Positions 1-9,877 of a stretch of DNA of 64,000 nucleotides are shown here, piece after piece; positions within the stretch are counted from its first letter, which is position 1; each line of letters starts with the position of its first letter. The notes below the pieces were generated by a model. It was not told where the DNA came from and made no database searches. It saw only the letters and a program-made list of their open reading frames with translations. Where the stretch lies: contig JAGAOW010000059.1 in assembly GCA_017889945.1 (NCBI GenBank), positions 11,083 to 75,082 on the forward strand. The letters run 5' to 3'. Both the position numbers and the translations under genes were made by a program. The stretch comes from Muribaculaceae bacterium. Lineage in GTDB: Bacteria > Bacteroidota > Bacteroidia > Bacteroidales > Muribaculaceae.

Positions 1-681
1 CGATTTGCGCGACAGACCGACGAGAACGGGTCGGCCGAGCATGCTGAATGCCTCAAGGTCGCGGAGCAAGCGGTAGTTCTGGCTGACGGTTTTGCTGAAA
101 CCGAATCCTGGGTCGACGATTACGTCGTTGACTCCGAGCAGCGATAGCCGGCGGACTTTCGGCGCAAGTTCGCCTATGACTCCGGCTGTGACGCCGCGGG
201 GATAGTCAGTGAGCGACTGCATCGTTGCCGGCGTTCCGCGCATGTGCATCAGAATGTAGGGCACATTGAGTTCGGCTACGGTTTCGAACATGTTGCCGTC
301 GAGGTCGCCGCCCGATATGTCGTTGATTATGTCAGCGCCGAAGTCGCAGATGCATCTGCGGGCAACGTCGGCACGGAAAGTGTCGACCGACAGCGGAATA
401 TCGGGAGTAACACGCCTCACTGCAGCGATACCCAGCTCGAGACGGCGGCATTCTTCGTCGGGCGAGACGTCGTCGGCTCCGGGGCGCGACGAATAACCTC
501 CGATGTCGATCATGTCGGCGCCCTCACTCAACGCGCGGCTGACGGCAGCCTCGACCGCTTCAGCGCCGGAGGTGCGACTCCGGGCATAGAAAGAGTCGGG
601 TGTGACGTTGACAATCGCCATTACGGCAGGGCGGTCAAACGTCAGCAGGCGTCCGCGTATGTCGAGTGAGAAGGGGGTCAT
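1..681 (-). CDS. folP: Dihydropteroate synthase (3' end runs off the window)
   Basis: Manual minus-strand translation from ATG 681: MTPFSLDIRGRLLTFDRPAVMAIVNVTPDSFY..., then DIGGYSSRPG, ISVDTFRA, IINDISGG, LMHMRG and DPGFGFSK. Start overlaps the typA stop (TGATG). Absent from the ORF track. Confidence 0.93.
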   Translation of the reverse strand, partial: MTPFSLDIRGRLLTFDRPAVMAIVNVTPDSFYARSRTSGAEAVEAAVSRALSEGADMIDIGGYSSRPGADDVSPDEECRRLELGIAAVRRVTPDIPLSVDTFRADVARRCICDFGADIINDISGGDLDGNMFETVAELNVPYILMHMRGTPATMQSLTDYPRGVTAGVIGELAPKVRRLSLLGVNDVIVDPGFGFSKTVSQNYRLLRDLEAFSMLGRPVLVGLSRKS

Positions 682-2476
682 CAGCGGTTGGCGCGTTTGC
701 GTTCGATTTCGTCGAGTATGATTTTGCGCAGGCGGATATGGTGGGGTGTTACTTCAACATATTCGTCTTCCTTGATATATTCGAGGGCTTCTTCGAGACT
801 GAATACGACCGGCGGCACGATACGCGCCTTGTCGTCAGCTCCCGAAGCTCGCATGTTGGTCAGTTTCTTGGATTTTGTAACGTTGACTACGATGTCGTTG
901 TCCTTTGCGTTCTCGCCGACGACCTGTCCGGCATAGACTTCTTCCTGCGGGAAGATGAAGAAGCGGCCACGGTCCTGAAGTTTGTCAATGGCGTAGGCAT
1001 AGGCTGTGCCGGCTTCGAGGGCGATGAGCGAACCGTTGGTGCGGCGCTCGATATCGCCTTTCCACGGCTGATATTCGAGGAAGCGGTGGGCCATAATGGC
1101 TTCTCCAGCCGAAGCGGTCAGAACGTTGTTGCGGAGTCCGATAATGCCGCGCGAAGGAATCTGGAATTCCATGTGCACGCGGTCGTTCTGAGCGGCCATT
1201 GAGACCATTTCGCCTTTGCGGCGGGTAACCATGTCGATGATTTCGACGAATATTCTTCTGTGACGTTGATGGTCAGTAACTCGACAGGCTCGCATTTCTG
1301 TCCGTCGATTTCCTTGATGATGACCTGAGGCTGGCCTACCTGAAGCTCATAGCCTTCGCGGCGCATGGTCTCGATGAGGACCGACAGATGGAGCACACCG
1401 CGGCCATAGACCGTCCATACGTCTTCGTGGTCGGCTTTGGTCACGCGCAGGGCCAGGTTGCGGTCGAGCTCGCGGGTCAGGCGGTCGCCGATGTGGCGCG
1501 AAGTGACATATTTGCCGTCGCGGCCGAAGAAGGGGCTGTCGTTGATTGTGAAGGTCATCGACATTGTGGGTTCGTCGATGGCGATGCGTGGCAGTGGCTC
1601 GGGATTGTTGATGTCGGCCACGGTGTCGCCGATTTCAAAGCCTTCGATGCCGACGAGGGCGCAGATGTCGCCGCTGTTGACTTCCTTGACGCGCTTGCGG
1701 CCCATGCCTTCGAAGGTGTGAAGCTCTTTGATGCGCTGGCGCGATATCGAGCCGTCGCGACGGCAGAGCGCTATGTCCATGCCTTCGCGGAGTGTGCCGC
1801 GGTGGACACGTCCGACGGCGATGCGGCCCACATAGTTAGAGAAGTCAAGCGATGTGATGAGCATCTGCGCGTCGCCTTCGAGAGTCTTGGGCTCGGGAAT
1901 GTATTCGATGATGGCGTCGAGCAGGGGGGTGATGTTGTCGGTCGGTTTACGCCAGTCTGTGCTCATCCAGCCTTCTTTGGCCGAACCGAAGATGGTCGGG
2001 AAGTCGAGCTGGTCTTCGGTTGCGTCGAGACTGAACATCAGGTCGAAGACCATTTCCTGGACTTCGTCGGGGCGGCAGTTGGGCTTGTCGACCTTGTTGA
2101 TGACGACTATAGGTTTCAGACCGATCTGTATGGCTTTCTGAAGCACGAAACGTGTCTGCGGCATCGGGCCTTCGAAAGCGTCGACAAGGAGAAGGCAGCC
2201 GTCGGCCATGTTGAGCACACGCTCTACTTCTCCGCCGAAGTCGGCGTGTCCCGGAGTGTCTATGATGTTGATTTTTGTGTCTTTGTAGTTGATGGAGACA
2301 TTCTTGGAGAGGATTGTTATGCCTCTTTCGCGTTCGAGGTCGTTGTTGTCGAGTATGAGCTCGCCTGCGTTCTGATTGTCTCTGAATAGATGCCCTGCAA
2401 GTAACATTTTGTCGACGACCGTAGTTTTGCCGTGGTCGACGTGGGCGATGATGGCGATATTTCTAATATTCTGCAT
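681..2476 (-). pseudogene. typA: Translational GTPase TypA/BipA, split by a 1-nt deletion near 1241-1243 (probably a sequencing error)
   Basis: N-terminal half ([25 protein letters not shown]) is in ORF 1118..2476. C-terminal half (IIDMVTRRKGEM...SLEEALEYIKEDEYVEVTP) is in ORF 681..1295. One extra A at TEEYSSK|IIDM restores the frame. Confidence 0.9.
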
Positions 2477-2568
2477 ACACTGCTGTATTTTCTTTCAATC
2501 GACAAAATTACGAAATTTCCATGACATGACAAAACGCCTTTCAGCCGCCGTCGGCGCGAGATGAAACG

Positions 2569-2608
2569 AAGTCAGGGCGACGCCGCTGCCGCGACATCGC
2601 CCTGACTT
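2569..2608 (-). terminator. Hairpin downstream of the MFS gene (probable terminator)
   Basis: Inverted repeat aagtcagggcga...tcgccctgactt, extendable by G-U pairs on the minus strand. U tail is weak. Confidence 0.6.
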
Positions 2609-2629
2609 AAAGCGTTGGTTGGTAATTGA

Positions 2630-4045
2630 TTATTCTTCTGAAGCTTCGGCTTCGGCAGCAAGCACAGTTGCCTGCTGTTTTTTTACGTTGGGCTGTTCGA
2701 GGCCGTAATTGTGTTTGTGGTTAAGCACCTTGAGCCATACGCCAAAGAGGATTGCGAGTACGCCGAATGATGCGAATATCATCATCGGTACGCGGTAACC
2801 GCCTGTTGCATCGAGTGTCTCGCCGATGAGCAGAGGCACAAGACACAGTCCGATGTTCTGTATCCAGAAAATAAGGCAATAGGCTGAGCCGAGGATATTC
2901 GAATCGATGATTTTAGGCACTGATGGCCATAGGGCGGCAGGCACCAGCGAGAATGATACACCGAGTATTAGGATTAGAGTGACTGCGAGCCATACCTGAG
3001 GCACAGCCGGTAACAGGAACGCAAAACCGAGGTGGCAGCAGGTCATAATTACCGCGCCAATGATGAGCATTGTCGCGCCTTTGCCTTTGTAGTCAAGGAA
3101 TGCGCCGAGGAAGGGAGTCAGAACCATAGCAAGAATCGGGAACACGCTGAAAAGACGCGAAGCGGTTTCGGCACTAACGTCAAGGGTTTCCTGAACGTAG
3201 TTGGGCGCATAACGCTGGAATGGGAATATACCGCTGTAGTACAGAACGCAGAGCAATGCCACGAGCCAAAACATTTTGCTTGAGAGTATCTTGCCAAGGT
3301 CTGAAATATGGAATTCTTCGTCGGCGGCACCGTCAACCGATTTTTTGCCTTCGGCTACGAGCTGTCGGTCGAGTTTGGTGTCCATCAGCGAGAACACGGC
3401 ATAGCTTATGAGTCCAATCAGCAGCAGGGCGGTGCAGAAAGCCACCGGAGCGATGACCGACTGGTCGAACCGGTTGCTGATGAGCGGAGAAATCCACATC
3501 ACGGCAAACACGCACAAACGTGCGATTGACATTTCTACCCCCATGGCCAATGCCATCTCTTTGCCTTCGAACCATTTGGCGATGGCTTTTGAAACAGTAG
3601 TGCCGGCCATTTCGCAGCCGCAGCCGAAAATCATGAAGCCGAGCGATGCCATTTTCGCACTGCCGGGGAACGAAGTCCACCAACTGTCGAGCCAAACACA
3701 AAGCTCTGTGCCTTCAAACCATTCGCTGATGCCGACAAGTTTGATGCAAGCGCCAATTACCATCAGCGAGGCCGAAAGCAGGCCGGTAAAGCGTATGCCC
3801 ATTTTGTCGAGTATGATACCTGCGAATATCAAAAAGAATACGAATACGTTGAGGAAGTACTCAGAAGCGGCATAGGTGCCGAACGAGGCGCTGTCCCAAT
3901 GCAGTTTCTGCTCGAGCAGCGATTTAAGGGGTGACATGACGTCGACAAACATGTAGGCGAAGAACATCATCGAGGCGATGAGTATCAGCGCAGTCCAGCG
4001 CGCCCATGTCTTGTCGGCAAGCGTTTGTTTGATGGTTTCTTTCAT
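2630..4045 (-). CDS. MFS transporter
   Basis: About 12 hydrophobic segments, with motif A-like GIILDKMGIR and GAFLDYKGK. Confidence 0.9.
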   Translation of the reverse strand: MKETIKQTLADKTWARWTALILIASMMFFAYMFVDVMSPLKSLLEQKLHWDSASFGTYAASEYFLNVFVFFLIFAGIILDKMGIRFTGLLSASLMVIGACIKLVGISEWFEGTELCVWLDSWWTSFPGSAKMASLGFMIFGCGCEMAGTTVSKAIAKWFEGKEMALAMGVEMSIARLCVFAVMWISPLISNRFDQSVIAPVAFCTALLLIGLISYAVFSLMDTKLDRQLVAEGKKSVDGAADEEFHISDLGKILSSKMFWLVALLCVLYYSGIFPFQRYAPNYVQETLDVSAETASRLFSVFPILAMVLTPFLGAFLDYKGKGATMLIIGAVIMTCCHLGFAFLLPAVPQVWLAVTLILILGVSFSLVPAALWPSVPKIIDSNILGSAYCLIFWIQNIGLCLVPLLIGETLDATGGYRVPMMIFASFGVLAILFGVWLKVLNHKHNYGLEQPNVKKQQATVLAAEAEASEE

Positions 4046-4194
4046 TTGCTGTATGTGTAATGATTGATTAAAATATATTCAGTCTGCTGTGTCGGATAGT
4101 GTCCGGACAGAATTTCACAAAAGTAGTGTAAAAATGTAAAATTTGGAAATAAAATCGTAACTTTGTCGATATACGATTATATACCAATAGACAC

Positions 4195-6906
4195 ATGAGC
4201 GACGAAACTATCAACGGCAATAACGAGGAAATGGATGATTTTGAGGGCGGCAAAGGTCGGCGCGCTGACGAAAAGAGCGCCATGAAGCCTTATACCGCGC
4301 CCGAAGATGTCGTGAAGCATCAGCTGCGCGGCATGTATCAGAACTGGTTTCTCGAGTATGCATCATATGTGATACTCGAGCGTGCGGTGCCCCACATCGA
4401 CGACGGCCTGAAACCTGTGCAGCGACGCATCCTTCACTCGATGAAGACTCTCGATGACGGCCGTTTCAACAAGGTCGCCAATATTGTCGGCAACACCATG
4501 CAGTATCATCCTCACGGCGATGCGTCGATTAATGACGCACTCGTGCAGCTGGGTCAGAAAGATTTGCTTGTCGAGACTCAGGGAAACTGGGGCAATATCC
4601 TGACCGGCGCTTCGGCTGCTGCAGGCCGATATATCGAGGCGCGTCTGTCGCCTTTCGCTCTCGAAACGCTATATAATCCCAAAGTGACCGAGTGGACTCT
4701 CAGCTACGACGGCCGTAAGAAAGAACCTGTCACTCTGCCGTCGAAATTTCCACTCCTTCTGGCTCAGGGTGCTGAGGGCATAGCCGTCGGCCTTTCGTCG
4801 AAGATATTGCCTCATAATTTCAATGAGATTATCGACTGCGCCATAAGCTATCTGCGCGGAGAGGAATTTGAATTGTATCCCGACTTCGTTACGGGCGGCA
4901 TGATTGATGTGTCGAAATATAACGATGGACGGCGCGGGGGAGTCATCAAGGTCCGTGCCAAAATCGAAAAAATCGACAACCGCACCCTTGCGGTCACTGA
5001 AATTCCTTACGGCAAGACCACAGGTGTTATCATCGACTCCATACTCAAAGCCTTTGAAAAAGGCAAAATCAAAATACGCAAGGTCGACGACAACACGGCC
5101 GAAAATGCCAATATTACCGTCTATCTTCAGCCGGGCACTTCGAGCGACAAGGCCATCGACGCTCTCTATGCCTTTACCGACTGCGAGGTCAGCATTTCGC
5201 CAAACTGCTGCGTCATTTCCGACCGAAAGCCCCATTTCTTAGGCGTCAGCGATGTTTTGCGTCACAGCGTTGACCTTACGCGTCATATCCTCGAGACCGA
5301 ACTGAAACTGCGCCTTGAGGAACTTGGCGAGCAGATGTTGTTTGCTTCGCTCGAAAAACTGTTTATCGAACAGCGCATCTACAAGGATAAAGCCTACGAA
5401 CAGGCGCCCGACATCGACGCGGCAGTGGTTCATATCGCCGGTCGCCTGGCGCCGTTTGCAGCCGATTTCTCCCGTGAGATTACCCGCGACGACATCCTCA
5501 AGCTTGTCGAAATAAAGATGAAACGCATCTTCCGTTTCAGCGCCGACGAGGCCGATGCTCTGATTGCCCGACTTGCCGCCGAGATAGAGGAAACGCAGAA
5601 AAACCTTGATGCCATAATCGAGTACACTATCGACTGGTATCAGCGGCTTAAGGATAAATATGGCGCCAACTATCCGCGCCGCACCGTTATCCGCGGGTTT
5701 GACAACATTCAGGCTGCTACGGTTGCAGAAGCTAACGAGAAACTCTACATCAACCGCGAGGAAGGTTTCATCGGGACGGCTCTCAAGAAGGACGACAATG
5801 TGGAGTTTGTCTGCAATTGTTCGTCAATCGACGATATTATAGTGTTCTACAAGGATGGCCGCTACAAGGTGGTCAAGGTGCAGGATAAACTTTTTGTGGA
5901 TAAGAATGTACTGTATGTCAACGTGTTCAAACGCAATGACGACCGCACTATTTACAATGTCATCTACCGCCACGGCGGCACGGACGGCATATATTATATG
6001 AAGCGTTTTGCAGTGACAGGCATTACCCGCGACAAGGAGTACAATGTCACTCAGGGTGCACCGGGTTCGCGCATTATGTGGTTCTCCGCCAATCCCAACG
6101 GAGAGGCCGAGGTTGTGAAAGTCACGCTCAAGCCCAAGCTACGTCTGAAAACTTTGCAGTTTGATGTCGATTTCGCCAAACTTGCCATCAAGGGCAAGCA
6201 GTCGCAGGGCAACCTTGTGACCAAGAACGAAGTGCATCGCTTCACGCTCAAAGAACGCGGTGTCTCGACGCTCGGAGGCCGCGAAGTGTGGTTCGACCGC
6301 GATGTGCTCAGACTCAACTATGAGGGTAGGGGCGAGTTCCTCGGCGAATTCCAGGGCGACGACCTTATACTCGTCGTGCTCGACAACGGCGAGTATTACA
6401 CCACCAACTACGACGCAACAAACCACTATCCCGACAATATGCTCAGGATTGAGAAATTCAGGCCCAAACATATCTGGACTGCCATCCTCAACGATGCCGA
6501 TCAGGGCTATCCCTATCTTAAACGCTTCACATTCGAAGCCTCGCAGCGTCGTCAGCGCTTCTTGGGCGAAAACGAGGCGTCGACTCTGATTGTGTTGTCG
6601 GATGAGCCGGGCGCAATGTTTGAACTGCGTTTCGGCGCTCCAGATGACTTCCGCGAGCCACTGACTGTCGACGCTGCCGAGTTTGTGGCCGTCAAGTCGT
6701 TTAAAGCCAAAGGTAAACGTCTGACAACCTACGCGCTTGACTCTGTTGTCGAACTCGAACCTAAAAACGTCGCCGAACAGGATGCCGACGAAGGTGTTGA
6801 TATTCTTGGCGACGGTTCTGATAATATCGATGATGAGCTTGTCGAAGAAGACCGCTCTGATGATGAAGTTCGCGATGAAATCAATGGGCAGCAAAGGATT
6901 TTTTAA
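4195..6906 (+). CDS. parC: DNA topoisomerase IV subunit A (Bacteroidetes type)
   Basis: RAVPHIDDGLKPVQRRIL, YHPHGDASI and the RY catalytic motif. Bacteroidetes-type C-terminal region. Confidence 0.92.
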   Translation: MSDETINGNNEEMDDFEGGKGRRADEKSAMKPYTAPEDVVKHQLRGMYQNWFLEYASYVILERAVPHIDDGLKPVQRRILHSMKTLDDGRFNKVANIVGNTMQYHPHGDASINDALVQLGQKDLLVETQGNWGNILTGASAAAGRYIEARLSPFALETLYNPKVTEWTLSYDGRKKEPVTLPSKFPLLLAQGAEGIAVGLSSKILPHNFNEIIDCAISYLRGEEFELYPDFVTGGMIDVSKYNDGRRGGVIKVRAKIEKIDNRTLAVTEIPYGKTTGVIIDSILKAFEKGKIKIRKVDDNTAENANITVYLQPGTSSDKAIDALYAFTDCEVSISPNCCVISDRKPHFLGVSDVLRHSVDLTRHILETELKLRLEELGEQMLFASLEKLFIEQRIYKDKAYEQAPDIDAAVVHIAGRLAPFAADFSREITRDDILKLVEIKMKRIFRFSADEADALIARLAAEIEETQKNLDAIIEYTIDWYQRLKDKYGANYPRRTVIRGFDNIQAATVAEANEKLYINREEGFIGTALKKDDNVEFVCNCSSIDDIIVFYKDGRYKVVKVQDKLFVDKNVLYVNVFKRNDDRTIYNVIYRHGGTDGIYYMKRFAVTGITRDKEYNVTQGAPGSRIMWFSANPNGEAEVVKVTLKPKLRLKTLQFDVDFAKLAIKGKQSQGNLVTKNEVHRFTLKERGVSTLGGREVWFDRDVLRLNYEGRGEFLGEFQGDDLILVVLDNGEYYTTNYDATNHYPDNMLRIEKFRPKHIWTAILNDADQGYPYLKRFTFEASQRRQRFLGENEASTLIVLSDEPGAMFELRFGAPDDFREPLTVDAAEFVAVKSFKAKGKRLTTYALDSVVELEPKNVAEQDADEGVDILGDGSDNIDDELVEEDRSDDEVRDEINGQQRIF

Positions 6907-7759
6907 GCTATTCGCAGTGTGCGCTCTTTCCGCTGCAGCTGCTGTCGCGCCTGTTTCAGCGCAGGACGATGCAGAGGCCATTGTCCGTCCTGTCGCTGCG
7001 GCATATACCGTCGAAATCGGTTCGTCGCATCTGGTCGACACCTATCTTACCCCTCTTAAATATCAGGGTATCAGCACTGCGTTGTCCTATGAACGACTGC
7101 AGGCCATGAAATTCTCTCCGCGCACTTGGATTATGCAGTCGCGTGGGCGTCTTGGTCTGAACCGTGGCGAAAATCCGGCTAAAAACGCTGCCATGTGGGA
7201 TCTCGACCTCGAACTTTCATGGGGCCTGATGCGTCGCTTCTCGGTCGAATCCATTCCCGGGCTGAGGCTGATGGCCGGTGGTGCGACAGGCATTGATGTC
7301 GGTGCGCTCTATCTCGCGCGTAACGGCAACAATCCGGTCTCAGCTAAAGCCGCCTGGACTGTCGGCCTGACAGGTGCTGCCGTATACAATTTCAAAATCA
7401 GGCGTCTGCCCGTCTGTCTGCGCTATCAGCCGACTCTGCCCCTGACGGGCGTCTTTTTCTCGCCCGACTATGGCGAACTCTACTATGAGATATACCTTGG
7501 CAACCACTCGGGCCTCGCTCATGCCGCATGGTGGGGCAACTATTTCAGACTCGACAACCTGCTCACGGCCGATCTGCGTTTCGGTGGTACTAATCTGCGC
7601 GTAGCTTATCACGGCGATATACTGTCGACTAAGGTCAACAACATTGTCAGCCGGCGCTTCATCCATGCCCTGTGCATCGGTGTCAGCGGCGAATGGATTT
7701 CAATCGGTCGCTCTGACCGCAGTTTGCAAAAAGCGGAAATAATTTCGGCTCTCTATTGA
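6884..7759 (+). CDS. DUF3316-like exported protein (probable outer-membrane beta-barrel)
   Basis: Signal peptide ending VSA-Q, DTYLTPLKY and FFSPDYGELYYEI motifs, alternating beta-strand pattern. Start may be 6875 or 6884. Confidence 0.7.
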   Translation: MGSKGFFKLFAVCALSAAAAVAPVSAQDDAEAIVRPVAAAYTVEIGSSHLVDTYLTPLKYQGISTALSYERLQAMKFSPRTWIMQSRGRLGLNRGENPAKNAAMWDLDLELSWGLMRRFSVESIPGLRLMAGGATGIDVGALYLARNGNNPVSAKAAWTVGLTGAAVYNFKIRRLPVCLRYQPTLPLTGVFFSPDYGELYYEIYLGNHSGLAHAAWWGNYFRLDNLLTADLRFGGTNLRVAYHGDILSTKVNNIVSRRFIHALCIGVSGEWISIGRSDRSLQKAEIISALY

Positions 7760-7761
7760 CT

Positions 7762-8790
7762 ATGATGATGAAGAGATTTATATATGTGATGGCTCTTGTC
7801 CTTTCATTCACTTCTTGCCATCATGTCGAGGAGTGGGATCAGGACTATGAGGGCAATTTCGATGCTATCTGGACTGTGGTCGACGAACATTATTGCTTTT
7901 TCAAAGAAAAAGGAGTCGACTGGAATGAAGTGTACGGCAGATATCATCAGCGTCTAAGCCCTGATATGGGCGGCCTCGGATTTTTTAATCTCTGCGCGGC
8001 TATGCTCGACGAGCTCCGCGACGGACACGTCAACCTGTCATCGTCATTCAAGGTTTCGTACTATCGCAAATGGTGGAGCGATTACCCACAGAACTACGAC
8101 GCACGTCTCGTCGAACAATATTATCTCAGGTTCGACTATTCGACTGTCGGCGGCATGGACTACGGAGTACTCCGCGACAATGTCGGTTACATTCGCTACG
8201 GGTCATTCTCCTATCCCGTGAGCGAAGGGTCGCTCGACGGTATCCTTTCACAGTTTGCCTTGTGTAAAGCGCTGATTATTGATGTGCGCGACAACGGCGG
8301 AGGCGATATGACCAATGTCGAGACCATTGTGGCGCGTTTCATTGACCAACGCATACTTGCCGGATATATATGTCATAAAACAGGACCGGGCCATGACGAC
8401 TTCTCCGAGCCATATGCCTACTATTTCGACCCTGCCGAGCCGGGACGAAAACGGTGGAGCAAACCCGTTGTAGTGCTGACTAACCGCAGCACATTCAGCG
8501 CCGCCAACAACTTCGTGTCTGTAATGCAATATCTGCCCAATGTCAAAATCGTCGGAGACCGTACGGGCGGCGGCAGCGGTATGCCTTACTCCTCTGAAAT
8601 TCCCTGTGGGTGGGGTGTGCGTATGTCAGCATGCCCCGTCTATGATGCAAAAGGCGTACCCACGGAAGACGGCGTTCCCCCGAGCGACGGTTGCCATATC
8701 GACCTCGACCCCCAACTCGCACTCCAAGGCACAGACACCATGCTCGACTTTGCCATTAGCCTTCTCCTCTCCGACAAATTCTACAACTGA
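7762..8790 (+). CDS. S41 family peptidase, lipoprotein
   Basis: Lipobox SFTSC, tricorn-C1-like region (LRDGHVNL), IIDVRDNGGG, TFSAAN and GDRTGGGSG. Confidence 0.9.
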   Translation: MMMKRFIYVMALVLSFTSCHHVEEWDQDYEGNFDAIWTVVDEHYCFFKEKGVDWNEVYGRYHQRLSPDMGGLGFFNLCAAMLDELRDGHVNLSSSFKVSYYRKWWSDYPQNYDARLVEQYYLRFDYSTVGGMDYGVLRDNVGYIRYGSFSYPVSEGSLDGILSQFALCKALIIDVRDNGGGDMTNVETIVARFIDQRILAGYICHKTGPGHDDFSEPYAYYFDPAEPGRKRWSKPVVVLTNRSTFSAANNFVSVMQYLPNVKIVGDRTGGGSGMPYSSEIPCGWGVRMSACPVYDAKGVPTEDGVPPSDGCHIDLDPQLALQGTDTMLDFAISLLLSDKFYN

Positions 8791-8996
8791 ATTCCGTAGC
8801 CTTCAACTACGACTCTAATACTTTTTGTTGACTTAAATCCCCATAAATCAATAATGCGAAGCGTAGATGGGTCTTTGCTCCGCATTATAAATGATGCTTC
8901 ATGATGTTTCATCAATCCACTCACGGCAGGATATTTTTTCTTTTACAGAAAATGTGTTACTCGTTTTTCTGTCGAAAATAGTTCCGGGTCGGGTTT

Positions 8997-9731
8997 TCAG
9001 ATCTTGTCGTTGAGCAGATGGCCTTCGAGAGCGGCGAAATCAGCGGCGGCGTGCTTGGAGCTGAGGTAGGCGTCGATGATTTCTGCATGGCGGCTGTTGT
9101 GGAGGTCCGTGCCGAGAAAGTCGACAAGTCCGTTTGAAATCAGATAGCCGGCCATGGCACGTTGCTCCTTGCCATACGCTTCCGCGAGGCTGAGCACATT
9201 GACTTGAAATTTCGCACCTGCGTCGTGAAGAGCCTTAAAGCGGTCGCGGCGTTTGAAATAATAGCTGTAACGCTCGGGGTGGGCAAGCACCGGAGTGAAA
9301 CCCTTGACCTGAAGATCGAAAATGACCTGATCGATAAACCATGGCTCATCGACAAACGGGTTTTCAATCATGATATAGTTTCCGGGCAGAGACATGAATG
9401 TTCCGGCTTCGAACTGGGCCAGCGAAAAGTCATCAAGACGATATTCGGCATGATGATTGACTTCGATGTCGTTGCCGCGTGATGCAAGTTCGGCTCTGAG
9501 CTGACGCAAGGGTTCTGCGAGAGTGGCGGGCGTGTTTTCGAATGTTGACTTTGTTACATGGGGGCTTGCGAATATCCTACTGATACCCCACTTCTGCATA
9601 TGTACGATTAGGTCGGCCGACGTTTGCACATCGGGCGAACCGTCGTCGACACCCGGTATCACATGGCAGTGGATGTCGGTCGAGTATGGTAGCGAAATCG
9701 GCTTTTGAGGCTTGCTGAAAAAGTTAAACAT
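8997..9731 (-). CDS. CpsB/CapC-type PHP tyrosine-protein phosphatase
   Basis: DIHCHVIPGVDDG, SPH, LAHPERY and GTDLH motifs. Confidence 0.9.
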   Translation of the reverse strand: MFNFFSKPQKPISLPYSTDIHCHVIPGVDDGSPDVQTSADLIVHMQKWGISRIFASPHVTKSTFENTPATLAEPLRQLRAELASRGNDIEVNHHAEYRLDDFSLAQFEAGTFMSLPGNYIMIENPFVDEPWFIDQVIFDLQVKGFTPVLAHPERYSYYFKRRDRFKALHDAGAKFQVNVLSLAEAYGKEQRAMAGYLISNGLVDFLGTDLHNSRHAEIIDAYLSSKHAAADFAALEGHLLNDKI

Positions 9732-9877
9732 GCGCTTTCCTTTTATTTTACAAAGTTAATACTTTGGAGCTAAACCCCGGCGCGAACAATTTTTAAATTA
9801 TACTAACGGGGCATAATAATGCGGAAATTTTTCCGTATTTTTTGCCTAAAAGTTCTTAACTTTGCATCGTTTTAATA

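Noticed and set aside
1230-1260. Programmed frameshift in typA
   Set aside because: No slippery heptamer, and TypA is normally continuous. A one-base loss in a short A-run explains the break.
8997-9731. Capsule locus around the CpsB-like phosphatase
   Set aside because: No Wzc, Wza or glycosyltransferase genes are adjacent, so it is a stand-alone gene.
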